Source of the DNA: Cycas panzhihuaensis
Lineage: Eukaryota; Plantae; Cycadophyta
Direction of reading: 5' to 3'
Length of the DNA stretch: 64,000 nucleotides
NCBI GenBank assembly: GCA_023213395.1
Contig: CM041465.1
Span: 216,759,741 to 216,823,740 of the forward strand
In this document: positions 13,401 through 27,213 of the stretch, in pieces
Position numbering within the stretch: the stretch's first letter is position 1
Layout of the letters: the number at the start of each line of letters is the position of its first letter
The notes under the pieces: generated by a model
Seen by the model: the letters and a program-made list of their open reading frames with translations, nothing else
The model's database searches: none
What the model was told of the DNA's origin: nothing
Translations under genes and position numbers: made by a program

Positions 13401-16400
13401 ATTCAAGCATCACCATAGATTATTATATCTTATGAAACACCTATGATGTTTCAACTTAATGACTTTGTAATAGGCATTGTGTCTAAATCACATCACTACA
13501 AGTCATGGGCAACTTTCAAGATTAGACATTCATCTCATGTTATCAATCAACAAAAGAAGAAAAAAATATGTACCTTCCACTACTGAATGAACTGTCATTT
13601 ATGCATAGCCAAACAGGGCACATATAACCTAAGGAAACACCTTTGAAAATAATAAATAAACACATAAAAGTAAGAAAAAATGGACAGCATTATTGCAGGT
13701 GAGATTGTTTCAATCATTTTTACAACAAAGACTTCTTAAGAAAGAAATATATTATAACTTTTGGGAAGGAAAATAATTTTCCCTCCATGCCAATAAAATA
13801 TTTCTTTTTTGAAAAAGAAATATTCTTCTTTTTAAGAAGAGAAATATAATTTTCTTTGAAAGAATATTCTCCATTTAATAGAAATATTTTTTAATTATGA
13901 TTTAATTTTTCCATATAAATTAGTAGCGTATGTACTACTATAGCTAATACAAGTTTAAATAGGCCCCTCCACTAATAAAAACCTTACCCTATACCCTACT
14001 CTAAATAGTAAGCTCAAGAAATTCTTAGTAATAATTTACTAAGGATGGCATTAGGTAATGTTTAACAAATTCATATAAAGGCCAATCAACTTAATGCATT
14101 AACAAGCTATGTGAAAGCATTCAATTATCACTATTGTGTAAAGATGCTAGTAACAATAAGAAACAAATGCAAATAAAAAATAAACCATTCTAGTAAGGAT
14201 TAACTTAAGGAATATTCTTTAAGGTAAGTAGGAATATTCTCTAATTTGAACTTAAACTCTATACATCTCAAGTCCACATATGCCCATTATTAAAATAAAT
14301 TTAAATTAATAAAATTATCATTTTTTAGAATACGAGAGAAAGAAATTTGTTATGGTTAAGTAAGACTTGAACCTATATGTCTTTCACTAAAATTTTGTGG
14401 CATTCCTAACATGCTCGTAATACTTGTAAGTACTTCTACTAGTTGGTCGCTTGAGCAAACTAATGATAGGATCATGTGGTCGTTTGTGACTTTGATAAGC
14501 TATTAAAAATAAACTATTATCTATCAAGCATGGAAGTTAAAAATAAATTTTAGAATGAAGAATGTTTCACCATAATTGGTACACTTGCCGTGATTAATTT
14601 TATATCTGGGTAGGTAATCTTAAGCTACTAAGTGGTTATCTCTTTCGCTTGTGTAATGAATATCGCTTAAATAGTATGATTTATTAATGGTTTACTTTTA
14701 GTTGATCATCTCATGGTTTAGTCTTGGATTTGGATATGTTTGACCACTTATTATATAGTTTTAAGTTATGGAATGTTGATTGGTTGGTTGTTTATATATG
14801 ATGGTGATGATATTTTTATCGATGACTAACACTACAATGCATTATAAAGCTTCTGTTCAGTGTAATTTCCATCTTACTCCAAGTTTTTCCTTCTTTGTCC
14901 AACTTTTTTATTAGTATAATCTAGTGATTTGATTATTTTTAGCCTTGTTTCAGTTACTTTTTTGTCTCAGTTTATAGTGATTTAAGCCCCATCTATATAT
15001 TTGCTAATCTTGGACCCCTCAGTAAGTCATTTTTCTTAAAATTGTTGCTTGCTTTTCTACTTTTTATGACTTTTTGTTTTGTCATGTTTTCAATATTATC
15101 AAAAATAGGACTTTATAAATAAAATGTGGCGATCACATTTTTAGTGTAAAATCACATTGTTACTATCATAATTAAAAATTTAACATAGAATATTAATTTT
15201 CACGATTTTCTTAATGGCGATTGCCCAAATTCAAAGTTTGACGTCACTTCACCTAACCTATTTACCTTATACTTATCTTACCTTCCTCCATTTAAAGATT
15301 TAGTTATCGAGAATCATCAAAACTATGGGCAAAAACATGGTATTATTTCCTATCTTTCTCCCTCTCAGTCTTTATAAATCCTTATGTATTTTTAAAGTTT
15401 GGGGGAGAATATTTTAATGTAATAAAATGCTACCAAATTTTTATCAGCCATTGCTAGTACTCTTTTTTTACTTGGAAGCTTATTGAAGACCATTCTTCTT
15501 GATAAACTATTGATTCTATTGGAAGGATTGGAGGATTACTTTCACCTCAATTATTGTCCATTTCTCAAGATCACCTTCTCACTCACCTATTAGGATCATC
15601 TTCTTGCAATTCCTGTTGATTTCTTGTCTACATCATGCTCTCCTTTAGCATTCCTTGCTATTAAATTTGCCATTCTCATAACACTTGGGGGCTTGGTAGA
15701 AACATGTTGTGCAAAAGTGAAGCATCAATCTATGGCATACCTCACTCATTTCCCCCAGATCAAAGGCAATTTTGTATGAATTAGTTGTTAGCTTTAAAAA
15801 TTAGTAAAGGTTTGTTTTGAGTTCATCTTTAAAAATTAAAAAAAAGAGAGAGAGAGTCTTTCCATTGCCATTTTGCTTTCATTTTCATTAAAATCTAGTT
15901 GATTTTGCTAGTCTTTTTGAGTGATTAAGCTTAGAATCAAACCGATTTTAATTCCCAAGCTTCTATCACATTGTCGAAGTCATTAAAAGGCTATTTTCCA
16001 AAATTGACCCAGTTTCAATCTTTGGTAGTAGTCCTTTGTTGAGTAATAACATTCATGCTTTCCTATTTACTAAAATTTACAACTCTTAATGAGTTTGGCC
16101 TCAAAAGGGTTAAAGTAAATAAAGCCAAACTTATGAGAGGAGGTGAATGATAAGTAGAAAAGGATCTTTGAATAAGGCGAGTATCTCAACTCTTTTCCAT
16201 AGAGTTGTAAGTAACTCAAACTAATAATCTCTCTCATAAAAATTTTATTTTATGCCACATGATTATTATTTGAATCTTGATGAGTTTGTGAAGTTTTATT
16301 TGAAATCTTTTCTTTGGAAGAATTATTACAATATCAACGTTATATTTTCCTTTCATCAATGAGCAACATTTGAAAGTGAGGAGCAATTAGAGAAAGTGAA

Positions 16401-17123
16401 GCAATTAGCCTTAAGCTATATCACAAGGTACTCATCTCTTGTCCTAATACTTGTAATCTCTTTTCTTTGGTTTTCAAGTTTTATAAGTAAGCAAAGACAG
16501 AAGAAGAAAATGAAATAAAAGAATGTGTTTCTTGTATTACTTGATTGCTTTGTTTGACTCTTCCCTCTTGCTTGCATATATAAAAAGAAAAGATGGTTAA
16601 GAAATTATTGAGTAGGTTTAGAACTAAGAGATTGTGATTATGTAATTACTTGCTTCTTCCATTCCCTATTAAGTAAATCCATGATATTTAAAAAGAAAGT
16701 GAAAGAGTGGTCAACAAGATAAACATAAGTGAAATACAAGTTCTTAGAACTTCTTTGTCACTTATGCTTGACTTTTTTTTTTTCATTTCAACTCATTTAA
16801 GAAACATATAAAAAAGAAAAAAAGGGAAGGAATAACATTCATATCTCACATAATTTGGTTGATTGCATGTCCATTCTTTGTTGTATTCATTCAAACTAAG
16901 ATTGCATGCTAGATTTATATATAGGCTTAATTTGTTATTATTTGTTATAATTTAATTTGTTTAGGTCTATGTTTATTTCTCTCATACACATGTGAACTAT
17001 TTCAAAACTTGAACTAGTTTAATTCTTTTGCCTTTTCATCAATTCAACAAGTAGGCAAGACCTTTGCTTAGAGGTTGATTGAAAGGATTATCCTTCAAGA
17101 CCCATCACCTTGAGTTTACTTTC

Positions 17124-20100
17124 TGTTTCCCGGCTACTAGGAATGGACATGGACACTACCTCTCAAGTAAGCATAGGTATATTTCCAACCTCGCCTTTCA
17201 TTAACTTCAGAATGTAATTGAATATTCGTTAGACACGTTTTGCATGCTATTGATTAGTTGCATGGTTGTTATGCCTGGCTTGCCTGCCTACTTATGCTTG
17301 CATCTACTATTTTAGCCTATGATGACTCGGGACAAACAACCCATGGCACATCATAGCCCTATGCCATACCTCCACAACATTCTCAAGTATTCTTGGCTCC
17401 CATAGCTTGCTTTTGACTACCTTTCTAACGTAATGTGATCCCTAACGACTTGTTTAGGCCTGATCACCCTCCTCGCTTGCTACTTGTCTCGTAATGGGGC
17501 CTAATTACCACCTTTTTCTTTGCTTATTATGGTCCTGCCAACACCTAAAGTCTCCTAGACACCCTGACAACCCAATATTTTGTTCTTTCGAGGTCAAGGA
17601 CCTATTTTTAGGGGCCTTCTAGACCCCCCCTTTTTTTCCTACCTTATTTTGAGCGTATTGTGGCATTGTTTGCAATAACCATGGCAAACTCAGTGGTACT
17701 GCAAAGTTTGGCATGGTGCAACTATCCACTTTTAATTTTGGCCTAGCAATGACCAGTTTCCCATTAATTGTGAAACTGACACATGGCACCAGGTTTTTTT
17801 CCCACCTAGGGCAATCCTTAATCGCTCGATAGGTTAGGGTTGGGTATAGAAACCCAATTTTAAGCTCATTTGCTTCTTCTTAGCTCATTTTTTGAAAGAA
17901 AGAAAGGCCTCCTTCAGTTGTCTCCTACTCTCCTCTCTTGTCTCTTATTTTCTTAGGGTAAACTCCCTAAGTTACAGGTCTGCAGCAGTCTGATCCAAGC
18001 AGGTTCTCCTCTCAAGTGCTCCTCCAAATCATTGCATCAAGTTTTTTTCTACAGGTTTCACACTCTCTCACGATGTTGAAGGGAACTTACCTCCATCCAT
18101 CAAGGGAGATCCTCCTTTCCCAACCCAATTTATAAGGTAAAAATTGTTTTAAGTTAGTTTTAGTAAGGATTTTCAGGCTTGCATTTTGTTGTTTACTTCC
18201 TTTAACAGTAGCACTTCTTGAATACTGTTCTGAGTTTTCCACAAACCTCTTCCATACACTTCTTCTTTGGAAGGCAAACCCTTCCTTCTCTTGGCTCACC
18301 CCCCTTCACATCTTGAGGTTTCTTTCAAGTTTCCACTAAGAAGGTTGTGGGAAAAGATTGTAGAAAAGGGAGAGAGGAGCTTGAGGCTAGGGTTCTGAAA
18401 CTCTTGGCCACCTCCTCTAGGGTAGCCCCCTACCCTTTGCAATTTTTCTCACCCCATACCTATCTTGCATGCCCAAAAATCCTTAAGGGAAGGGATTCTG
18501 TTGGTTATAGAATTAGAAGCCACTTGCAATGCCTACAACTAGCCCTTATATACCACTAAAATCTAATTCTTTTTAGCCAATCTTTATAGCTTGCGAGTCT
18601 CTTACTTTATCTTGAAAAAGTTGCATATTGTAACATTTGCAACTTTTGCAATTATTTTTTGCAACCACTACTTCTTGCAAATTTTGCTACCATTTTGCTT
18701 GCTTGAAAGCTATAACCTCTTGTTTGGTCCACTCATTTAGAGCACTTGAGTATGTGGAGGTGCCTTATTCAGAGGGCTGGCCATTTTGAGGCTCTCTTTT
18801 TCTTCCCTTTTATCCCTCTTTTTCCAAAGTTGCTTGAGAACTTCACTTGCATGAAAAGAGGATTTGAACAACACATTATTTCTATTTAAAAAGCATTTAA
18901 ATAAGATCACTTCTTTTTTTAGCAAGCGTAGTCATATATATATAAATGCATATTTGCCGATATGTACATCTAGCACCCATGGAAGGGGAAATCGACTTGT
19001 TGTGCAGGTCTCACTTTTGAAGCAAGCAAGGATTGTTGTGGAAGGTACCGATACTCCTTTTACTTTCATTGCTTTACTTTAAAATTTTCTTTTCCTTTGC
19101 AACTCCTTTTTTTATTATTTTTTCTTTCTACATAAGATCTTCAGGGAAGGTAAGGAAGCCCCGCTGACACTCTTCCTACAATGCCAACCATGGCAAGGAG
19201 CGCAAGGTAAGTGAAAGGAGATCACAAAGAAAGGAAGAAGGTTTTCTACCCCAACTACCATGGTTCTAGGTGCACCTCTTCCTATTTTATCTTCTTTCTC
19301 ATCCCTCCCCCCTTCCCCTAAAAGAAAAAAAGAAAAGGAAAGGTCATATATACTTTTTCTTGCTTGTGGATTGCTCAATTTGCACTCATTAGGAAAAGAA
19401 ATCACCCCTTGCACTTATAGGCATTAACCCTACTAGCGAAATAGTTTTACCCCTTTATTTCATTCCCAGTCCTTTTTGCATGTTCTTACATTTTCTACGA
19501 TAAGGATACAAAGGGATTTAAGCCCCTCTATCATTGCTTCTCTTTCCCATGCATTATTAAGGTAGTTTGTATTAATCACTGCACTCTTTTCATGTGATTT
19601 CTTGTCCTCTTGGTTCCTTTGCTTTTATTATCATTCATAAAAAATGAGAGAGAGAGAGAGGTGAGAATCAAAAGAGGGTGTTGTTACTGTTCTTTTTTCT
19701 TCTTTTAATTTGTAATAACTTAGTGATAGTAATACTTCATATTACTACACTACTCATCTAAAACCAAAATGAAAACATATCGCATAGCATCTTACACACC
19801 TAGTTACCCACCTAATGCGTGGAAATCTTAGGAGCACCCTCCTCTAGGTGCCCTTCAGTAAGGCATCATCTTATCTTAACCCATTTAGAAGTTGGTCCTT
19901 CTACCCAACCTCCTCTTTATATCCTCACCATTCCCTACTTCTTTCTCGTCTTTGCCCCCTCTTCATCAGGGTCCACCTCTTCTTTTCCTTCCTTCTTAGG
20001 AAAAGTATCTTTTCATCTTATCTCTCCTTCCTCAACATGTTAGGATAGAAGAGTCCCGTTGAGGCTACTCGACAAACCAAGGGAGCCCCTTTCCCATCTC

Positions 20101-20293
20101 AAATCCAAGAAGGTGCTTATCCTAAGGGAAGGTTTCTACACCATTTACGGGTCCTCGAACCTGCGTTCTGATGCACGAACACCCTTTGTGGGTGATCTTT
20201 TCTCTTACCTCCAAGGATCCTTTAGCCCCTTGATTAACGATTATATAGGCTTGATCCTCTTGTGTCTGGTGACCCCCTAAAGGTACACTTCCA
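17124..20293 (+). repeat. Tat-A 5' LTR (~3.17 kb)
   Basis: TGTTTCCCGGCTAC...CACTTCCA; aligns with 32138-32182 plus 33518-36105; TATA-like motif at ~17844. Confidence 0.95.
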
Positions 20294-20294
20294 C

Positions 20295-20313
20295 TGGTGA
20301 CCGTACTAGAGAC
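20295..20313 (+). promoter_or_regulatory. Tat-A primer-binding site, decayed, tRNA-Arg-like
   Basis: TGGTGACCGTACTAGAGAC 1 nt after the LTR; resembles the Ogre-type Arg PBS TGGCGACTCCACTGGGGA with several mismatches. Confidence 0.6.
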
Positions 20314-20577
20314 CTGTCAGTAAAGGATCCATCCTAGCCTCCTTTCTATTGCCGTTACCTCTCCTTTTGGTAGTCCTTCTTGATTCGTTAGGCAACCACC
20401 AACATCTTTCATTCTGTTACCCCTCTTTCTTCTAAATCTTAAGAAGGACTTGTATGTGACGATTCTCTCATCGTTTATAAGATCTCCTTCCTTCTTTGGA
20501 AGACTCACCCTATTCCTCCCTTCTATTGTCTGATTCTAAATTAGCTATAGAGGGATTCCCTTTAGACTGGGTGTACC

Positions 20578-23500
20578 ATGCCTAAGTTTCTGAAACCCAA
20601 CAACATTCAACTTCTTTCCAAGATCCCACCCAAGAGGGTAGAGACCCCATCTTCTATCTGGGTGATCAAGAGCACCCACATGTCCATCATCTTTCCACTC
20701 ATAATATGGAAGCTTCTTCTCCCATGGGGTATCACCACCTTGGTGACAATACCCATAAGGATCACCTTATAGGGTTTACTTCATATGAGGAGCCTTCAAC
20801 CTCATACAAGGAAGTAGGGACCCCTCCTGCGGATGTGGTAGAAGTGCTTAATCAATGCTTCCAAGCTGTTAGTCTCCAACCACCTCCCAAGTGGTTGGAA
20901 AGTATCTTGCGAAGCGTGACACCCCCTCCTCCACATCTGCACCCTCATACTCATCCCTCTTAGCTTTACTATCTACAACGGGGCCATCCCTCATTGTTCC
21001 TTCCTCTTCTTGTAGTCCACATTCTTTAGGGACCACCTGAGGTATGTCCACTTCCCAAATCAGGTTGAATATACCTCCTCTTAGTCAATCAACCATGCCC
21101 CAACCAACCATGGTCCATCCACCTTCCATTAGACCTAGGGGGCCTACATGTCCCCCTACCTCTAGCCATATGGGATAAATCCCCATGCGCCCCTAAGCTC
21201 AACCCAAGGATTTGTCTCTTCACGTACCCCTGGGATACACTTCCCAACCATGGGGGCATGGTAAAGGGAATCTTCATCCCCTCTATAGGGTGGACCCCTT
21301 TCACCCATATGGTGTTATACCACTTATGGATGGCCCATGTGGGCAAAATCTGGTCCCACATCCATCCATTCCTTCTTCTTGCATCTCTTCATAAACGATG
21401 CCTTCGCAAGAAGGATAAGTCCCTCCTCAAGGTGCCTTCTCCCAAATCCCCTTTCAACAAGGGGCGTACCTTCAAGGGGGGATGGGTCCTTCCTACTCAT
21501 CTGCCTCTCTTCTAGTCCCCTCACGCTTAGGATTAGTCCCTTTCCATCAAGTGGGAGGAAGATTATATCCCCTTTTTGGCCAAATTTCCTAAGGAGAATT
21601 TGGGCACCCTTGCCTACCTCCTCCTTCGTCCTTTGTCAACTTGACAGTTCAACCAAGGGCCCATCCCTTTGTGGACTATAGGTCAACCCCCTTATCCATC
21701 GAGGTGTTAAGGACTAACTTACTACTTCATCCTCCTGAGTTACCCAAGTTTGATGGGACCTCTTCTCAATACCCAACATAACACATTAGGAGCTTCTCCA
21801 TGGTATGTATCGACTATTGGGCCTATGATCATATCTTGATGAAGCTCTTCCCATGTTCCTTGTAAGGTGATGCCCTTAAGTGGTTCTATCACCTTCCTGC
21901 GCATTCAATTCACTCATTCCAACAACTCATAGATGAGTTCGTCAATTACTTTAATATTACTCGCCCCTTTGAGAGTGGGATGAAGTCCCTTTTATCCTTC
22001 AAACAAGGTCACAAGGAAATGAATTGTGACTTCGTTAGGCACTTTCACGATCTCCTTCACTCCATGAAGGCTACCTTGGCTGAGGAGTTGAAAAGGGCTC
22101 TTTTTGTAAACGCTCTTCGTCCCGAGGTATATGTTGAGGTCCTTAAGATGGGGGCAACAACATGTGACTCTGCTATAGCTAAATGTTTAACTCGTGAGGC
22201 TATTGAGATCTAGGTGAGTCTCAAGAAACCTCTTAGATCATCATAACAGTGTGATGCACCCCCTCCATCTCGTGACACTAAAACTCAATAACCTCCCAAG
22301 TCTTTGACCCATTCGATAGAGAAGACCTTGGACCCATTGACTTTCGCTATACATTCTTTTAAATGTATGATGAAGGAGCTTAAACTCCAAGCTCCTCCTT
22401 TATTACCAACATCTCATAAACCCATTCATCAAGCCTCCTAAGTAGCACCTTCCAAGAATGGAAATAACCATGCTTCTCAAACAAGAAAGATAAACTCTTC
22501 CTTGGAGAAGAAATTGTGCTCTATTCATAACAAGTGCTTCTATGAGGATTCACAATACAGGGCACAACATTCCAAATCCACCCTGAATAATGACTTCTCT
22601 CCTAAACGAGAGCCTAGGCCCAATCTAGACCAACCTGTTCATAGAAATCCCTTCCCTAAACATGAGGAATGAGATCAACATACCCAACAAAGGGGGAATC
22701 GAAATAGGGGAAGATCCCCTAACCCTTGCCCCACACAAGCTAAGGGGAATGGGGTAAGAAACTCTTCCTCCTCTTTCAATTCTTATTGTCAAACCCCTTC
22801 TCCCTCTCGATCTCGAAATAAAGGAAAGAGAGTTATCTAGATGCTTGAGACCATGCCTTTGTATGCTTTGACCCAGACTCAAATGGCCAAAAAGGCCATA
22901 GGTGCCTCTTCTTCCTCTCAGCTTGGCCCTCCTTTAGAGAACCCTCCTTTGAAGATTTCATTGCTCCCTAAGACGATCCCCATTTTCCTCAGTCCTTATG
23001 ATTTTCAAAGGGTGCTTCCCCAACCCATTGGGAAGGGGAAACCCTTCTCCATCATCGACAAGCTTCATATTGTGGTTGCAGGGATGTCCATGATGGATGT
23101 CTTAAGGAGCTATTTAGAGCAGCGCGCTCTCCTCTTGGAGACTCTAGGGTTGGTCGATGCTTCCATTAATGCTTTGGGTGTTGCCCCAAGTTATGAACCT
23201 GTTATCTCATTTGACCTTAAAGATCTCCCCCTGACTAACGAAAGGAAACACCAATGGCACTACCCTTTCACTATGTCCATAGACACTCTTGAGTGCACTC
23301 TTCGAAGAACTATTGTAGATAATAGTTCTTCTATCAACGTTATGCCTTTGTGAATCATGTAAGACCTAAGAATAGTGGCTCTCGAGCCAATCATGTGGTA
23401 TTATCAAGGTTACGATGGTAGGGAGAAAATGCCTTTAGGGTCTATTTCAATTCCTTTTACCCTTGAGGACAAAACCATCTTCACTGACATCATGGTGCTC

Positions 23501-26500
23501 GATGTAAACATGGACTACAATCTTCTATTGGGATGCCTATGGCTCGATCAGATGGGAGCATTATGTTCATCCCATTGGGGACAACTCAAATTCATCTACG
23601 AGGGACAAATGAAGGTTGTTTCCCAAGAGCCTCCTCCCACCAAGCAATTACATCAATCCCGTCAAGCGGTTCATGACCTGGTGAAGGGCAACAAGGGTCC
23701 ATCTACCCATGCTTCCACTTACTCTATTAACATTCCTAATTCGTTTGGTTTGGAAGAGGGCCCTTTTCCTTCTTCCTCCAACCTCATTTATTTTACCCCT
23801 ATTAGTATGGAGAGTTATAGGTACCTTGTCTTATTGAGTGACGATGAGTTCGACATTGAGGATGAGGACCTCCCTCACCCCATATTCCTATTGAACATGA
23901 GTAGGGGGCATTCGCTTCGTTTCAGGTCCCTACCTGAAGCTTCTTCCATTGAGGAGCCTAGCCCTCTCGCTGAGTCATACGCTGCTACCCCCATTTCTTG
24001 TGTGACTTCTCTTCTCACTTCATCTCCCACCTCATCACCCTCCTCGAGTGGTGAGACAAGGGAACCTCCTCTCATTTGCCACCGGAGATCGCCCTCCGAC
24101 TCTTCTGAAGAGTGCCCTGACTATATCGAGTGGTGGGTCGATCGCTATGGTCCCACTGCTCCTCTTACCCCCCATTCCTTGTCTTCTTTAAGCATAACTA
24201 TCTATGGGATATATTGCTTTGAGAACGATGAGGTATTGTTAGAGCACCTAGTGGGCTCCATGCCCAACCTTCCTCCTAGTCACTATAAACTTGGTTACCA
24301 GAAGATTTTAGCCCTTGGGTCACCCTTAGCTTATCTAAGTCTACCTAATTCCTCTTCGCCCCTTGTTATTAACCAAGCCCCCCCTTCATTTTGAGTAAGG
24401 GAATGCCATGTGCATGGGGGCAACAAAGGACATCATCCTCGTCTCTAGCAAGGTCATCAAGGTGGGAGCAGAATGTTCCCCTGAAGAAATGAAGGAATAC
24501 ACCCTTCTTTTTCAAGTGTTCTATGACGTCTTTGTATAGGATTACACTGACATGAAAGGAATAGGCCCTTCCATTGTCACCCATAACCTTACTACTATTC
24601 TGGGCACTCACCCTGTGCGGTAAAAGTAGTGCCCCCTCCATCTTAAATTATCTACCACTGTGAAGATAGAAGTAGAGAAACTCTAAGATGCAGGGTTAAT
24701 CACCTCCATCGATTACCCTAAGTGGGTCTCAAATATCATTCTTGTTGTTAAAAAGAATAGAATGATTTGGATATACATTGATTTCTATTATATTAATAAT
24801 GTATATCCCAAAGACAACTTCCCTCTACCTTTTATTGATCAAATCATCGATTGTACCACTGGATTTAAAGTCATGTCCTTGATGGACGACTTCTCTGGGT
24901 ATAACCAAATCTAGATTTCTTCTGAAGACCATCACAAAATGACCTTCACCACTCCTTAGGCTACCTTCGCTTACAAGGCGATGCCCTTTGGACTCAAAAA
25001 TGTAGGCGTCACTTACCAAAGGGTAATGCAGTTCATCTTCCATGAACTCATAAATAAAACCCTCAAAGTTTTTATGGATGACATGATGGGCCTTTCACAT
25101 AAAAGGGCCTAACATCCTGACAATTTGTGCGCCATCTTTACTAGGTGTTGTAAATATCATATCAGCTTGAATCTTCTTAAATATATGTTTGTCGTAACAG
25201 CTGGCAAACTTCTGGGTTTTCTTGTTTTAAAATAAGGAATCTAGATTGACCCCGATAAAGCTAAGACCATCCTTGACATGCCTCCTCCCAAGACTCAATG
25301 GCAAATCAAGTCGTTCTTGGGTAGGTTGGGTTTCCTTAGGCGTTTCTTAGCAAACTTTGCCATAAACGCTAAACTCATCACTAACTTATTGAAGAAGGGG
25401 GGCCCTATTTGTTTGGTCTCTAGAGGCCCAAGAAGCATTCCAAGAGCTCAAAAGAGCCTTAGATTCCACCTTGATCTTGGTACCTTCCCTCTTTGAATGA
25501 CCTTCTATCCTCTACACCTTAGCTACTGATGAATCCTTGGGGGTTATGCTCACCCAAGAGGATGATTCGAGAACCAAGAGGGCCATATATTTCATCAGTC
25601 ACACCTTAGTTACTTCTGAGCTCAAGTATTCCCCCGCCGAGAAGGAATATCTCACCTTAGTTTATGCAACCAAGAAATTTAAGCATTACTTGCTCAATAA
25701 CACCACTCGAGTGATCGTCCAATTTGATCCCTTGAGATATCTCCTAACTCGATCAGACTTGACTAGTAGGACTGGCAAGGGGGTCATCCTCCTTTAGGAG
25801 TATGATCTCCAAATCATTAATAGGAGGTCGAAGAAGAGGATGGTGGTCACCAAGTAGCTAGTTGATGCCCCTATTCATGACTCTTCAAACACTCTTATTG
25901 ATGATTACTTGCCAAATGAGCATATCCTTTCTATTCAAGACTTGTCCCCCCATCCATTGGCTGATAGTAAATTATATGGGGATATTGTGCGATACCTTAC
26001 TAAACAGTAGTATCGTCTTGACACTAGCAATAAGGTAAGGTCACGCATTAGGGCCACTACTAGGTAGTACTTCCTCATGGAGGAGGTGTTATATAAAAGA
26101 TCCTTTGATGGAGTCCTCCTTCGTTGCATCAACCCTGACGAGGCAAACCAGATACTCCACGAATGCCACAATAGCATTTGTGGGGGCTGCTTTGGGGGCC
26201 AATCCATGGTCCAGAGGATCCTACGCATGGGTTACTATTGGCAGTCCCTTTTCAAGGATGCCCATGCCTATGCCTTGCAGTGTCGTAGGTGTCAGGAACA
26301 CACCAACGTCATGCATTCGCCTTCCTAGGCCCTACATCCTATTATCTCTTCGTGGCCATATTCCCAATGGGGATTAAAACTCTTTAGAGCCATAACCCCT
26401 CCTTCATCATAACATAAGTTTATCTTGGCTGCAATAGAATATTTCACTAAATGGGCCAAAGCAGTCCCCTTGTCTTTAACTTCCTATAAGACTATAGCTA

Positions 26501-27213
26501 CATTCATCTACCGACACATTATCTGTCGATTTGGGGTCCTCGATATCTTGATCACAAATAATGGTACTCCCTTTTATAATAAGGAAATGGATAAGCTTTG
26601 TGGGAAGTTTAGGATATCCCATAAGACTTATTCTCCTTATTACTATTGGGCCAATGTCCAAATTGAGTCCTTCAACAAGGTTCTTATAAACATCCTAAAG
26701 AAAATCGTCACCCATTCTCAAAGGGATTGGCACCTTAAACTTCCCTCTAATTTATGGGCATGCCGCACTTCCATTTGCATGGCCATGGGGATGACCCCAT
26801 TCTCCCTTGTATATGGAACCAAGGTGGTCATCCCCTTGGAATTTAAAATCTCCTCCTTATGTGTCCCCCTTCAAGGTCTCATCGACGAGGAATACTATCA
26901 CCAAGCCCGCCTCCTCGACCTTGAATCTTTAAATGAGAAATCTTTGATCGCATATCAAGCGAATCTCACCTCCAAAGCTAGGGCATGAAGAACATATGAT
27001 AAACATCTTTTCCCTTGGCCTTTGCATCTCAGGGACCACATCCTCAAACTAGAATATCTCCATGATTTCTTGTCAAAATTTGGGCCTAAATAGGTTGTTC
27101 ATTTCATCATTCTCGAAAGCCTCGACAATGGCACCTATAGGATCACAGCTCTAGAGGGTCTCGAATTTGAGAAAGTTGTCAATGGTAATTTCTTAAAGAA
27201 ATTCTATATGTGA
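20578..27213 (+). pseudogene. Tat-A gag-pol (Pro-rich leader, gag core, protease, spacer, RT, RNase H, integrase)
   Basis: gag LPKFDG...KLFPCSL*GDALKWF (~21740-21890); protease IVDNSSSINVMP (~23310); RT YNQI, MPFGLKN, VFMDD (~24900-25085); RH AEKE (~25640); integrase HECH..CRRC, EYFTKW, ITNNG, ESFNK; stop TGA 27211-27213. Many CAG/CAA/CGA/TGG-derived stops. Start approximate. Confidence 0.93.

Noticed and set aside
13250-13900. Exon-like relics on the minus strand and a degenerate GAAATATT-rich ~20-bp repeat
   Set aside because: No recognisable protein motif or termini; too decayed and AT-rich to call.
14355-14460. tRNA-derived SINE (B-box-like GGTTCAAGTCT on the minus strand)
   Set aside because: No properly spaced A box, tail or TSD.
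19115-19414. Duplicated ORFs (19115-19414 / 34928-35188 and 19819-20280 / 35700-36116) as paralogous genes
   Set aside because: They are simply the two copies of the Tat-A LTR; no domain, and frames are not consistently preserved.
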